Source: Candidatus Minusculum obligatum
Lineage (GTDB): Bacteria; Patescibacteriota; Minisyncoccia; Phycocordibacterales; Phycocordibacteraceae
Direction of reading: 5' to 3'
Length of the DNA stretch: 64,000 nt
Assembly: GCA_002331145.1 (NCBI GenBank)
Contig: DCYT01000001.1
Coordinates: 90,002 to 154,001, forward strand
Within the stretch, counting starts at the first letter, position 1, and every line of letters begins with the position of its first letter. Position numbers and translations under genes: made by a program. The notes under the pieces were generated by a model, which saw only the letters and a program-made list of their open reading frames with translations, ran no database searches and had not been told where the DNA came from. Below, piece after piece: positions 49,234 to 59,509 of the stretch.

Positions 49234-49977
49234 ATGGAATTACAACTACTTATTGCAGGAGGAATTATTGCTTCAGCTTCATTAATTGGAGTAGTGACAA
49301 CACATGCACTCCTTGGGAAGTTTTTTACAAACAATATTCGATACTTGATAAGTTTTGCCACCGGAGTATTTATTGTACTTACCTACACACTTCTTGAAGA
49401 AGTTTTTCATGAAGGAGACATGCTCTACACAAGCCTTGCGATTGCCATTGGTTTTCTATTCTTTGCAGGACTTACTACTTTCCTCTCAAAAGCACATCAC
49501 CACCATGGACCCACACAAGAGCACTCTCACTCGTCTATTGATGCGAGGCGCATGCTTCTAGGAGACTCACTCCACAACATCGGAGACGGCATCTTGCTTG
49601 TGCCTCTTTTTATAGCAAGTCCCGTCCTAGGGGGTGCAGCTATTGTTGGAATTCTTATACACGAGATGGTTCAGGAAATTGCTGAATTCTTTGTACTAAA
49701 AGAAGCTGGTTACTCAACCAAGATGGCACTCTTCTTTAACTTCCTTACTGCCCTAACTATTTTCATTGGAATTGGTATTGGACTTCTTGTTACAGATATT
49801 GAAGGTGTTGTAATTCCTCTTCTTGCATTTACCGCAGGAGGATTCCTCCACATTATCCTTCGAGACTTTATCCCGAGTATCTTTAAATCGATTCATCATG
49901 AGTGCAAGCCTGTGCCACACATCATTTTCTTTGTAGCAGGACTCATACTTATGATCCTCGTAACTGGCGGGCACTAA
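49234..49977 (+). CDS. ZIP family metal (zinc) transporter
   Basis: It has His-rich motifs (KAHHHHGPTQEHSH; HNIGDG; HEMVQE). The start is set at MELQLL. Confidence 0.75.
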   Translation: MELQLLIAGGIIASASLIGVVTTHALLGKFFTNNIRYLISFATGVFIVLTYTLLEEVFHEGDMLYTSLAIAIGFLFFAGLTTFLSKAHHHHGPTQEHSHSSIDARRMLLGDSLHNIGDGILLVPLFIASPVLGGAAIVGILIHEMVQEIAEFFVLKEAGYSTKMALFFNFLTALTIFIGIGIGLLVTDIEGVVIPLLAFTAGGFLHIILRDFIPSIFKSIHHECKPVPHIIFFVAGLILMILVTGGH

Positions 49978-49987
49978 TATTAATTAA

Positions 49988-50022
49988 AAGAAGACCAGCT
50001 GTACGCTGGTCTTCTTTTTTAT
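49988..50022 (+). terminator. Rho-independent terminator of the ZIP gene
   Basis: The stem aagaagaccagc-gtac-gctggtcttctt is followed by tttt. Confidence 0.75.
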
Positions 50023-50178
50023 ATTTGGCCTGCCGAGCCTTGTTGCGCTACATTAGAGTGTATTGTACTTCTCCCTGAATATGCACAATACGGTAACGCA
50101 TAGAAACCCTAGCACAATGTCAATCACATGTAATTGTTTATTTCCATGTATAAACTGTGGAAAACTAACAAATACAGC

Positions 50179-51252
50179 TTAGTTAAGCTCTTTTTCTATA
50201 AAATTAGGTGATTTTTCGGCTTTTTTGAGTGTAAACACCACCCTTCCAAGCACTTGGTCTCTTTTCGTAACAACTTGCACACGCCATTTGCCCTCAAAAA
50301 TATTGCTCTTTTGCGTATATCCCCTAAAGCCACTATCTCTTCCTCCTGATATTGGGAAGCTTATTCTTCCTTGAGGAATCCATGCGTTACTCTCCGCATC
50401 AAAGTATTCCCATGAGTGAGCTATGTTTGTAGAAAGCCCTGTCGGAGCAAAGACGGCACTGTACATTGCAAGTGACTCTCCTTCTTCAAAATGAATAGTT
50501 GTCCCTGGAAGGATTTTCTCAAAGAAATTTTCTTTCTCTTCAACTCCAACAAATGTTTGCTCGCTCTTATATACATCGTGATAAATTCCTTTGTCTTTAA
50601 GAGCAAGCGGCACGGGAGGAATAATATTTGAGAAATAAAGGAGCTGAAGCAAGATAACAATGCTTCCGATACTAATACGAAGTCCGTTGCGAGAACAGTT
50701 CACTCTCTCTGGTACAAAAAGTTTTAAAAACTCAACAAGAAGGAAAATGGCAAATGCCGCAACTACATTTGCGAGAATAAATACCCATGCGCCAACTGCA
50801 CTTACCAATACAGGAATATACAGTGCAAAGAATGACGCGAGTGCTACAAATAGTACAGAGAACTGAAAGGCAAACTTTTGATATTTCTTTCTAAAGAATT
50901 CATTTCCAATAAGGAGACCTAGGAGGATGAGTACAAAAACAAGAGTTGTAGTAAACGATGCGCTCTTTATATAGAAAATAGTTAATGCACTAAAGAGTGC
51001 CCCAAATGACACCTGCATCAGTATAGGAGCTACAGTTCGTATATTCCCAAAGAACCAGCCTTTAAGATCCTTCCCTTCAATTATATTGATAAGAAGAATC
51101 CAAAGAACAATAAGCGAGGTATGTGTACCAAGCACCAACACTTCAAAGAAGTAGTCTATTCGAGTAAGAGTTAGAGCATCCCAAAAAAATCCAACAAGAA
51201 GAGCTCCTGCTGAAATTTTCTGCTGATGCTTTTTAATGAACTCTTTTATCAT
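50179..51252 (-). CDS. Polytopic membrane protein with a C-terminal soluble domain (hypothetical)
   Basis: The 357-aa ORF has about 7 TM helices, then a beta-rich C-terminal domain. Confidence 0.6.
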   Translation of the reverse strand: MIKEFIKKHQQKISAGALLVGFFWDALTLTRIDYFFEVLVLGTHTSLIVLWILLINIIEGKDLKGWFFGNIRTVAPILMQVSFGALFSALTIFYIKSASFTTTLVFVLILLGLLIGNEFFRKKYQKFAFQFSVLFVALASFFALYIPVLVSAVGAWVFILANVVAAFAIFLLVEFLKLFVPERVNCSRNGLRISIGSIVILLQLLYFSNIIPPVPLALKDKGIYHDVYKSEQTFVGVEEKENFFEKILPGTTIHFEEGESLAMYSAVFAPTGLSTNIAHSWEYFDAESNAWIPQGRISFPISGGRDSGFRGYTQKSNIFEGKWRVQVVTKRDQVLGRVVFTLKKAEKSPNFIEKELN

Positions 51253-51261
51253 TTAAAGTTA

Positions 51262-51296
51262 GTGTACTACAAAGCGCCTTGAGTAATACTCAAGGC
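51262..51296 (-). terminator. Perfect 12-bp-stem hairpin (aagcgccttgag-taata-ctcaaggcgctt) between genes
   Basis: Read directly. It lies after the stop of the 51306..51737 gene. Confidence 0.5.
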
Positions 51297-51305
51297 GCTT
51301 GTTAA

Positions 51306-51737
51306 TTAAAAGAATCCAGCACATTGGCGAATTCTGTTTGCTCGCTGGAAACCAGTCCCGTGAGCGTAATCTCCGCGCTGGCCATTTCTTAAGAAGTAAT
51401 TATATGCAGCAATTACTTCATTCCGTGGCGCATACTGTGCGGCCCAGCAGTCTGCTTCTGCTTCTGCAAACACTGGGTGTCGACGAGTTATTACATGTCG
51501 TAAGTTAACATGACCGAACTCGTGCGCTCTAAAAAAACCACAAACGAGAGCTCCTAACATCCGGCACTGGTTTGGATTGTAGATAATTACAACCTCTCCA
51601 GTATTAAGGCGAGTCACCATTGCAATGTCATTCAGTCTGACATCTGGTATCTCACGAGTCCTCCATTGCGCTTCTGCGGCCTGCGGAAGGGCAACAAATG
51701 AAAAGAACAAGGTGAAAAGAATAAAGAAAATTCTCAT
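51306..51737 (-). CDS. Small secreted HExxH protein (putative minimal zinc metalloprotease)
   Basis: It has a signal peptide and the HEFGHVNLRH motif. Its composition is somewhat GC-enriched. Confidence 0.5.
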   Translation of the reverse strand: MRIFFILFTLFFSFVALPQAAEAQWRTREIPDVRLNDIAMVTRLNTGEVVIIYNPNQCRMLGALVCGFFRAHEFGHVNLRHVITRRHPVFAEAEADCWAAQYAPRNEVIAAYNYFLRNGQRGDYAHGTGFQRANRIRQCAGFF

Positions 51738-51785
51738 TTAATCCTCCATCAAACTTTGATGACCATACAGTAAAACTCCCATAAT

Positions 51786-51816
51786 AAAAAGCCCCGAAAA
51801 TATTTCAGGGCTTTTT
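51786..51816. terminator. Bidirectional hairpin terminator (aaaagcccc...agggctttt) after the DEAD-box helicase
   Basis: Read directly. It is flanked by A and T runs. Confidence 0.6.
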
Positions 51817-51817
51817 A

Positions 51818-53125
51818 TTAATATCGCCTACGTCCTCCTCCGCTGTATGAACGTCGTGGTCGTGATGATGATTGTGGTCGACGATTAGATGATGGTCGTG
51901 CTGGTCGCTTCTGCTGTCCTGCTGAAGTTCCTCCGCCAATAAACGTAAACGCCTTTCCTGTCTGATCTCCACGTCCTGTTCGCCCAATTCGGTGAACATA
52001 ATCTTCATACGTCATTGGAAGATCGTAGTTGATTACGTGAGATACGTTAGGAATATCTAGTCCTCGTGCCGCAACGTCTGTTGCCACAAGAATATTAGAC
52101 TGATCCTCCTTAAAGCGTCGAAGAGCTCGCTGCCTTTGCGGGTGACTCTTGTCTCCGTGCAGTGCCTCACTCTTGAATCCTCGAGTAATAAGGTCTTTTG
52201 AAAGACGCTCAACCCCGTGCTTTGTTGCCCCAAAGACAATTGCTTTGTCACAATCTCGCTCATTAAGTAGATCGTGCAGCATTTCAATCTTCTCCTGCCC
52301 TTGTCCAATTCGAATAACATCCTGATCTACATTCTTTGATGTATCTCCAGTTGTAACTGAAATACGCACAGGGTTAGTAAGGAACTCTGAAATAAGTTTT
52401 TCAATATCCTTTGAAAGAGTTGCTGAGAAGAATAGCGTGTGACGCTTCTCATTCATTCCTTTTGCAATAAACCGCATGTCATTAACAAATCCCATATCAA
52501 GCATTCGGTCTGCCTCATCAAGAACGAGTGTCTCAAATGCAGCAAGCCTTATGCTCCGCCTTTCTACGTGATCTTTGATTCGCCCTGGAGTTCCAATAAT
52601 GAAATTGTTGTTGTTCTTAAGTTGCTTTAGCTGTGGACGCATTGGCGTTCCTCCAACAGTACATACAGAAGAAATATTCATTCCCTTTGTAAATCCCTTG
52701 AGCTCTTCATTAATCTGAATGGCAAGCTCTCGTGTAGGTGCCATTACAAGAACCTTTGTATATGGATTCTTAATTACCTTGGTAATAAGTGGGAGCAAGA
52801 ATGCTGCCGTCTTACCAGTACCTGTATTTGCAATACCTACTACATCCTCTCCATTTAAAACATGAGGAATAGCCCGATCCTGGATCGGTGTAGGATTCTC
52901 ATATCCTTTATCTATAATATTTTGCTTTAGCTCGGGAGCTAGATCAAAATCAACGAACTTATGCTCAGGAGTAAAGACAGCCTGCTCCTGCTTTGTTGCT
53001 ACTGCCTTGCTAACAAATTTAGCAGGGTCAATAAAAGTACCACGCTGTGGGCGCTTACCTCCTCTCCCCCCTCCACCACATGAAGAGCGCATCGGTCGTT
53101 TACTTGAAAACCGTTTCTTATACAT
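51818..53125 (-). CDS. DEAD-box ATP-dependent RNA helicase with an RG-rich C-terminal tail
   Basis: It has the Q-motif, AxTGTGKT, the DEAD box (VLDEADRMLDMGF), SAT and HRIGRTGR. Confidence 0.95.
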   Translation of the reverse strand: MYKKRFSSKRPMRSSCGGGGRGGKRPQRGTFIDPAKFVSKAVATKQEQAVFTPEHKFVDFDLAPELKQNIIDKGYENPTPIQDRAIPHVLNGEDVVGIANTGTGKTAAFLLPLITKVIKNPYTKVLVMAPTRELAIQINEELKGFTKGMNISSVCTVGGTPMRPQLKQLKNNNNFIIGTPGRIKDHVERRSIRLAAFETLVLDEADRMLDMGFVNDMRFIAKGMNEKRHTLFFSATLSKDIEKLISEFLTNPVRISVTTGDTSKNVDQDVIRIGQGQEKIEMLHDLLNERDCDKAIVFGATKHGVERLSKDLITRGFKSEALHGDKSHPQRQRALRRFKEDQSNILVATDVAARGLDIPNVSHVINYDLPMTYEDYVHRIGRTGRGDQTGKAFTFIGGGTSAGQQKRPARPSSNRRPQSSSRPRRSYSGGGRRRY

Positions 53126-53236
53126 TTTATTTACTTTTTTAACTTGCTCTAGTCCCAGAGATTTTCAGAGCAAAGTTCTTAAATCGTGAGAATTGAGTTA
53201 GCGAGAATATATAATATTTTTTATATTATGTCAATA

Positions 53237-55033
53237 TTATTTGCTTCCTGAGCGCTTTTCCCTTACTCGCTCTGATTCCTTTAGAAGCTGCTTCCGCAGA
53301 CGTACGCTATCAGGAGTAATCTCCAAATACTCATCACTATTCATAATCTCAAGCCCTCGCTCAATAGAAAGTGTAAGTGGTGGCACAAGGTCAACTGACT
53401 CATCAGAACTTGATGAGCGCATATTGGTTAGCTGCTTTCCTTTTGTAGGATTTACTGTCATCTCCTCCCCCTTTGCAGTATTTCCAATAACCATTCCCTC
53501 ATATACTTCAGTACCGGCTCCAATATATAGCTGCCCACGATCCTGAAGTCCCCACAGAGCAAATGCTGGAGTTTTTCCTTGCACCATTGAAACCATAGAC
53601 CCAACAGTCTTCCTTTGAATATCTCCTGCATATGGCTTAAAGCCAATAACACGTGATGCAAAAATTCCTTCTCCTCGTGTATCTACTACAAACTGGTTTC
53701 GATATCCAAGCAATCCTCGTGTGGGTCCTTCAAATGTAAGGCGTAGGATGGCATCTACATGCTCAAGGTTCTTCATCACAAAACCACGAACTCCAAGCTT
53801 CTCAATAACAACTCCTTGGAATTCCTCAGGTACATCGATAATTACTTCCTCAAATGGCTCCACCTTCTGACCCTCTTCCTCCTTAATAATTACCTGCGGC
53901 TGAGACACCTGAATCTCATATCCTGAACGCCGCATATTCTCAAGAAGAATTGCGATGTGAAGCTCTCCTCGTCCATATACTTTGAAATGATCTCCTGCAT
54001 CAAAATCAACCTTAAGTCCTACATTTACCTCAAGCTCACGCTCAAGATACTCTCTAATTTCTCGAGAAGTTACAGACTCACCTTCCTTCCCACGAAATGG
54101 AGAACTGTTTGCCATAAATGCTAGAGAGATCGTTGGCTCATCTACAGAAATAGCAGCAAGAGGCTCTACGCTCTCATCTGTAGTTACCGTCTCTCCAATA
54201 TCAATATTCTCAAGACCTGCAACAAGCACAATGTCTCCTGCCTTAGCTTCTTGTACTTCTACTCGCTCAAGACCATTAAATGAAAAGATCTTTGTTGTCT
54301 TTCCGGCCCGAGTCTCTCCATCTGGCTTTTTAATAAAAAGAGGATCTCCAAGCTTTAGTACTCCATCATATACTCGCCCTACTGCCATACGCCCAAGGAA
54401 GTTGTCATACGCTAGGTTAAATGACTGGAATCGAAGAGGCTTCTCTTCAAGCTCAGGACTTGATGCACTTGGTACGTGCTCAAGAATTGTATCGATAAGA
54501 GGAGTTAGATCCTTTGCCTCATCCTCCATCTTTTTCTTTGCAACTCCATCTCGTCCAATTGCGTACACTACTGGGAAGTTTGCCTGCTCATCACTTGCAC
54601 CAAGCTCATAGAAAAGCTCAAGCACCTGCTCCTCTGTTCGATCAGTGTCAGCGGCTGGCTTATCAATCTTATTGATAACAACAATAGGATTAAGCCCTAG
54701 GTCGAGTGACTTCTTTAGCACAAAACGAGTCTGCGGCATTGGCCCTTCTTGGGCATCAACAACAAGTAGCACGGTATCGATTGATCGAAGTACTCGTTCT
54801 ACCTCTGATCCAAAGTCAGCGTGGCCTGGAGTATCTACGATATTAATTTTTGTATCTTTATACGTAACCGAAGCATTCTTAGAGTAAATGGTAATACCAC
54901 GCTCTTGCTCAAGCGTGTTTGAATCCATTGATGAACCAGCTTTAACCGCGCCTGTCTGCTGCATAAGCGCATCAGTTAGCGTAGTCTTTCCGTGGTCCAC
55001 GTGGGCAATAATTGCAATGTTTCGAATTTCCAT
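53237..55033 (-). CDS. typA: Translational GTPase TypA/BipA
   Basis: It has the motif AHVDHGKTTLTDALM. Its 598-aa architecture is EF-G-like. Confidence 0.95.
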   Translation of the reverse strand: MEIRNIAIIAHVDHGKTTLTDALMQQTGAVKAGSSMDSNTLEQERGITIYSKNASVTYKDTKINIVDTPGHADFGSEVERVLRSIDTVLLVVDAQEGPMPQTRFVLKKSLDLGLNPIVVINKIDKPAADTDRTEEQVLELFYELGASDEQANFPVVYAIGRDGVAKKKMEDEAKDLTPLIDTILEHVPSASSPELEEKPLRFQSFNLAYDNFLGRMAVGRVYDGVLKLGDPLFIKKPDGETRAGKTTKIFSFNGLERVEVQEAKAGDIVLVAGLENIDIGETVTTDESVEPLAAISVDEPTISLAFMANSSPFRGKEGESVTSREIREYLERELEVNVGLKVDFDAGDHFKVYGRGELHIAILLENMRRSGYEIQVSQPQVIIKEEEGQKVEPFEEVIIDVPEEFQGVVIEKLGVRGFVMKNLEHVDAILRLTFEGPTRGLLGYRNQFVVDTRGEGIFASRVIGFKPYAGDIQRKTVGSMVSMVQGKTPAFALWGLQDRGQLYIGAGTEVYEGMVIGNTAKGEEMTVNPTKGKQLTNMRSSSSDESVDLVPPLTLSIERGLEIMNSDEYLEITPDSVRLRKQLLKESERVREKRSGSK

Positions 55034-55098
55034 AAAAAATACGGCCTTGGGGCCTGATTTCCCAAAGAGTACGTTAGAAGTGTACTAATGTCTAGGTG

Positions 55099-55515
55099 TT
55101 ATTGTTCTACCCGAGTAAATTCAAGAACTCCACCTCGATCTAGATAAATAAGAGTGAGTTTCTCTTCTGTCTTTTCTACCACCTTAAAGTAGAGAGACCC
55201 TTCTTCATCCATAAGCTCAAGGTACATTGCACCGTCTTCAATAGAATACGGGAAATCCACAAGTGAAGCATCTCCTAGGAAAGTAACCCATGGACCATTT
55301 GAAACCTCTTCTCCTTCATAGAGATCACTGTATCCTCCATTTTCATAAATGGTTCGTACAAAATTTGGATCTTCTATACTCTGCCAAACTCCTGCGAGTG
55401 AATCTGCTTCAAGCGGTGCATCCACCACCTGCCTCTCCTCAACAATTTTGTTTAGATAATAAAAACCTCCTCCAATTAGAATAATTGATACAACAAGAAT
55501 AATAAGATTCTTCAT
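55099..55515 (-). CDS. Membrane-anchored hypothetical protein
   Basis: The 138-aa ORF has an N-terminal TM segment. Confidence 0.5.
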   Translation of the reverse strand: MKNLIILVVSIILIGGGFYYLNKIVEERQVVDAPLEADSLAGVWQSIEDPNFVRTIYENGGYSDLYEGEEVSNGPWVTFLGDASLVDFPYSIEDGAMYLELMDEEGSLYFKVVEKTEEKLTLIYLDRGGVLEFTRVEQ

Positions 55516-55524
55516 ACCTATGTA

Positions 55525-56772
55525 TTATACATTCTTCCCCGCAATATATCCGCTGGTCCAGCAAAGCTGTAATGAGTACCCTCCTGTAGGTCGTGTGATA
55601 TTGAAAAGGTCTCCAGTAATAAATAGATTCTTTATTACCTTTGACCGCATAGTCTTTGTATCTATTTCAGTTAGTGGCACTCCTCCATCTGCAATAACAG
55701 CTTTCTCAGGATCCATAAGTCCTGAAATGACCAGAGGAATACTCTTTAGAAATTCAACCATTCCCTTTCGTTGCTCTTTTGTAACTGAGTGCACCTTTAT
55801 TTCTGTATCAATATTTGGGAAACGCGTTACAAGCACATCGTGCGTTCCAGCTGGAAGGAATCCCTTGAATACATTTGCTACATTTTTATTCTTATTCGCG
55901 TCAAAGAGTTCTTGGATCTTTGCATCGAGTGCCCCAAGGTCCAAATCTGGAAATAGATCAATATGCGCATTTACAATTCCTTCATGTAGAAGGTCTTGCA
56001 CTTTAGCTGCACTGTTTAGAATAGTTGGCCCAGATAAACCAAAATGTGTGAACAAAATCCTTCCACGCTTTGAGAACTTCTTTTCCTTTCCAAGGAGGAA
56101 TGTGATCTTTGCATCAGGTGCTGAGTTTCCTGACAAATCTCGAATCCACTTTTGTTCAACCTTTAGAGGAACAATGGTTGGCTTTGGCTCATGTGCTGTG
56201 TGCCCAAGACTTTCAAGCCAAGCAAATCCATCTCCTGTAGAACCAGTCTCGGGGTGCGAGACTCCTCCTGTTGCAAGGACAATAGATTCAGCTGCAAACT
56301 CCTGATCTCCAGCACGCACACGTGTGATTTTCCCACTTCGCTTCACAAGCTCTGTTACCTCAATCTTTTTTCTAACTTCTACTTTGTATTCTCGAAGCAA
56401 GTCCTCAAAAAACTTACACACGTCCTCTGCACTCTCTGATGCTGGAAATGCTCTATTATTTTCCTCTTCCATAATAGGGAGTCCGTTTGATTCAAAGAAT
56501 TCTCTTGTTTCTTTCATTCCAAACTGTGCAAATGGAGAGAAGAGGAATTTATCTGCTTCTCCAAAGTTTGAAAGCAGCTTTCGTGTATCTTCTTCAGTAT
56601 TTAAAATATTGCATCGTCCCCCTCCTGAGATTCGAAGCTTCTCACCAAGATTCTTATTCTTCTCAAGCAAAAGCACACGCTTTCCGCGCTTTCCTGCAAT
56701 AACTGCTGTCATCATTCCGGAAGCTCCTCCTCCGATTACGATGACGTCGTATGTATTTTTAGGTAATCCCAC
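55525..56772 (-). CDS. HI0933/BaiN-like FAD-dependent oxidoreductase
   Basis: It has the Rossmann GxGxxG motif (YDVIVIGGGASGMMTAVIAGKRG) and ISGGGRCNILN. Confidence 0.85.
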   Translation of the reverse strand: MGLPKNTYDVIVIGGGASGMMTAVIAGKRGKRVLLLEKNKNLGEKLRISGGGRCNILNTEEDTRKLLSNFGEADKFLFSPFAQFGMKETREFFESNGLPIMEEENNRAFPASESAEDVCKFFEDLLREYKVEVRKKIEVTELVKRSGKITRVRAGDQEFAAESIVLATGGVSHPETGSTGDGFAWLESLGHTAHEPKPTIVPLKVEQKWIRDLSGNSAPDAKITFLLGKEKKFSKRGRILFTHFGLSGPTILNSAAKVQDLLHEGIVNAHIDLFPDLDLGALDAKIQELFDANKNKNVANVFKGFLPAGTHDVLVTRFPNIDTEIKVHSVTKEQRKGMVEFLKSIPLVISGLMDPEKAVIADGGVPLTEIDTKTMRSKVIKNLFITGDLFNITRPTGGYSLQLCWTSGYIAGKNV

Positions 56773-56799
56773 GAAGTCACACTAACACTAATACCTTTT

Positions 56800-56835
56800 A
56801 ATAGAAAAGGCCCGACCAACAAGTTGATCGGGCCT
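56800..56835 (-). terminator. Terminator hairpin of the GC-rich ORF (ggcccga...tcgggcc)
   Basis: Read directly. A T-run follows on the minus strand. Confidence 0.55.
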
Positions 56836-56853
56836 TTGTGCGGCTGGAAACTG

Positions 56854-57183
56854 CTAGCATGCCGGACGGAAATCGTTCCGAGCTGCAAGGTAGTGCTCCC
56901 ACCCCTCGCTCCTAGACCACGGCCTCTCCAGCAGTCGCTTGAAAGCGACCGGGTGTTTGGAGAGGAACGAGAGGCCCTCATGGGCCCAGTAACGAACCTC
57001 ATCGGGGTAAGCCCACCCCTGAATCGATTCATCATGCAGTAGGCGCATGAGATTGCCGGCATGGTAGATGTTCTTCGCATAACGATAGAACAAAAACCAG
57101 CGAATTGCCGAGAGAGATTCGAAGCGCAGAAGATACGCCACGACCTCAATCATCACACGCTTAATCCAAGTTTCCTCGAACAT
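56854..57183 (-). CDS. Hypothetical protein on a GC-rich single-gene insert
   Basis: The 109-aa ORF has its own terminator. Its W/Y/H-rich composition is plausible. The competing overlapping ORFs look less protein-like. Confidence 0.4.
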   Translation of the reverse strand: MFEETWIKRVMIEVVAYLLRFESLSAIRWFLFYRYAKNIYHAGNLMRLLHDESIQGWAYPDEVRYWAHEGLSFLSKHPVAFKRLLERPWSRSEGWEHYLAARNDFRPAC

Positions 57184-57242
57184 AATATTTCTCCCCGTGC
57201 TAAAGATCCTATATTTTTATTATAACATTTATATTATTAATG

Positions 57243-57491
57243 TCAATTTATAAGTGAAAGTTTTTCTGCTCTCGTTAGTTTCTTTAGCTCTATCTCTCTA
57301 CGCATTGCATCCCCTTTATTATCAAAAGCTTCTTTGTAGACAAGCTCTACAGGTCTTCGTGCTTTTGTGTACTTTGCGCCAATCTTCTCAGAATTGTGCT
57401 CTAAAACTCTACGCTCTACATCTATTGTATAGCCAGTATATAAAGTGTTATCTGCACACTTAAGTATGTAGACAGTATGGTTCATTACCAA
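57243..57491 (-). CDS. GIY-YIG nuclease superfamily small protein
   Basis: It has the motif YILKCADNTLYTGYTIDVERRVLEHN. Confidence 0.75.
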   Translation of the reverse strand: MVMNHTVYILKCADNTLYTGYTIDVERRVLEHNSEKIGAKYTKARRPVELVYKEAFDNKGDAMRREIELKKLTRAEKLSLIN

Positions 57492-57499
57492 AGAATACC

Positions 57500-58993
57500 T
57501 TATTTCTTCTTCCCCAGATCAAGGACATCATCTATATGTATTTGATCCACAAACTCAGGTACATGAGATACAAGAATCATTGCCCCTTTATATTCATCTA
57601 GTGCTTTTGCAATTACCGGGATATGCCTAAAGTTAATGTGGTTTGTTGGCTCATCAAGAATGAGAAGCCCTGGCTCAATTATTTTAAGACGTGCAAAAGC
57701 AACAAGTCCTTTCTGTCCCTCTGAAAGGTTTCCGATCTTTGTTTTCATTATCTCTCCATCAAGCAAGAACCCTGCAGCAATTGATCGCATATCTTCTTGA
57801 ATCTTTTTGTCCATTGCATCCATAAGACAATCGAATACTGTCTGATCAAAGTCTAGGTTTGAGAAGTCTTGTCGGTAGTATCCAATCTTTACTCCCTTTG
57901 CCACCTCCTCACCAGCTGCCTCACCGGATGCAAGAGATTCAAGCAGTGTTGTCTTTCCAATACCATTTGGTCCGATGATCTGGAGGTGACTTCCTCGCTT
58001 AAGTGTAAGCTCACACTTCACATCCTTTGGCTTATGATCTTTTATTACCTTGTATGAAGTTAGCTCAAGTACATTAAGAGGAATGTCTTTCTGTGTAGGA
58101 ATTTCAAAATCTCGAATAGTTCTATCTTCTTTCCGTACATCAACTTTATTTTCTTCTGCAAGATCTACCTTCTCTCGCATACGCTTTGCAACCATACGCA
58201 TCTGCCCTCCTTTATTTGCAAAGAAGTTCGCCTTGTCTTTGTTTGCTTGAATTTCCTTTGAAAGCTGTGCGTTCTTTCTTTTCTCTTTCTCTACCCGTAC
58301 AGAAATCTCTTCTACCACATCGTTATAGTTTCCTGTGTACTGCTCAATACTTCGTGTCTGTGTATTTAAATAAAGCACTCCCTGTGTAAATGCATTAAGG
58401 AAGTCTGCATCATGGGAAATAACAATAACGGTCTTCTTATACGCTTTAAGAAAATCCGTTAGATGTTCAATTCCTTCTACATCTAGATTATTTGTTGGCT
58501 CATCAAGTAAAAGCACATCAGGATTCTGAATAAGAGCAGAAGCCAAAAGAAGCCTCGCCTGCTGTCCTCCAGAGAAACTTCCTACAAGACGATCTTTAAA
58601 CGTTTCTTTTACTTCTTTGTCTTTTGGAGAGAGATTTACAACCTCCAAGATTGCATCAATGCGCGGATCAATGTCATAGACCTTTTCACTAAAACACTTT
58701 GAAAAGAAGTCTCGAACTGTTATCTCAAGATCTTCTCGAGGAATAACCTGTCTTGATACTGCAATACTCGTACCATGTACGATATTTATTCTTCCTTCAT
58801 TTGGTGTGTGCTGTCCTGTTATAAGTCCAAAGAGTGTACTTTTCCCAGCACCATTTTGACCCATAAGGGTTAGCTTTGCTCCTCTTCGTATAGAAAAAGA
58901 CGACTCGATGAGAATCGGCTTATTAGCGGTGTGCTCGTATGAGACATCATTAAAATTGATGAGTGCTCCGTTACCTGACATAAGCGTGCACAC
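57500..58993 (-). CDS. ABC-F family ATPase (two NBDs, no TM segment)
   Basis: It has two Walker A motifs (GQNGAGKST; GPNGIGKTT) and two signature motifs (FSGGQQARL; LSEGQKGLV). Confidence 0.9.
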   Translation of the reverse strand: MCTLMSGNGALINFNDVSYEHTANKPILIESSFSIRRGAKLTLMGQNGAGKSTLFGLITGQHTPNEGRINIVHGTSIAVSRQVIPREDLEITVRDFFSKCFSEKVYDIDPRIDAILEVVNLSPKDKEVKETFKDRLVGSFSGGQQARLLLASALIQNPDVLLLDEPTNNLDVEGIEHLTDFLKAYKKTVIVISHDADFLNAFTQGVLYLNTQTRSIEQYTGNYNDVVEEISVRVEKEKRKNAQLSKEIQANKDKANFFANKGGQMRMVAKRMREKVDLAEENKVDVRKEDRTIRDFEIPTQKDIPLNVLELTSYKVIKDHKPKDVKCELTLKRGSHLQIIGPNGIGKTTLLESLASGEAAGEEVAKGVKIGYYRQDFSNLDFDQTVFDCLMDAMDKKIQEDMRSIAAGFLLDGEIMKTKIGNLSEGQKGLVAFARLKIIEPGLLILDEPTNHINFRHIPVIAKALDEYKGAMILVSHVPEFVDQIHIDDVLDLGKKK

Positions 58994-59014
58994 TACACTA
59001 CGTACTCTTTAGTA

Positions 59015-59347
59015 TCAATCTTGATATCTAAGAACTTCTTCTGCTAGGTCAACAAGTTGGCTACCACCCTCCATTGCATCCTCAGGTACTGACCACCAGT
59101 TTTTAATAACCACAGGATCTTTTTTGTCTTTTCTTGTGTATGAAAATTGCTTTGATCCTTCGCTCTCATACCTTTTCTGCACTTCAGAGTTTGTAACTTT
59201 AAAATACAACTGATCTTCAATTATTATCCCAAGTTGTTTATTTTGAACCTTTAGAAGTACACCTCCAAACATTCTCTTCACCTCTATATTTCCTAGAGGA
59301 GAAAGAAGGTCAAGAATGTAGTTTGTGAATTCCTTTGAGGTACTCAT
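59015..59347 (-). CDS. TfoX N-terminal-domain protein
   Basis: It has the KRMFGG core. It is 110 aa. Confidence 0.65.
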   Translation of the reverse strand: MSTSKEFTNYILDLLSPLGNIEVKRMFGGVLLKVQNKQLGIIIEDQLYFKVTNSEVQKRYESEGSKQFSYTRKDKKDPVVIKNWWSVPEDAMEGGSQLVDLAEEVLRYQD

Positions 59348-59509
59348 GTATATAGAATACCAAATCTGCTACCCGTTCAATGCCACTATTCGAACTTTAA
59401 ATGAGCCAGGCCTTGATGCGGCGAACGATAACGAGGTTGATAACGCGGACGCGGCATCTGCAAGGAAGAGGACGTAACGCCACAAGCGCACGACCTATTA
59501 CTCGGTAGA

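Noticed and set aside
55520-56305. Plus-strand 261-aa ORF
   Set aside because: It is entirely antisense to the well-supported HI0933-like oxidoreductase gene and has no motifs.
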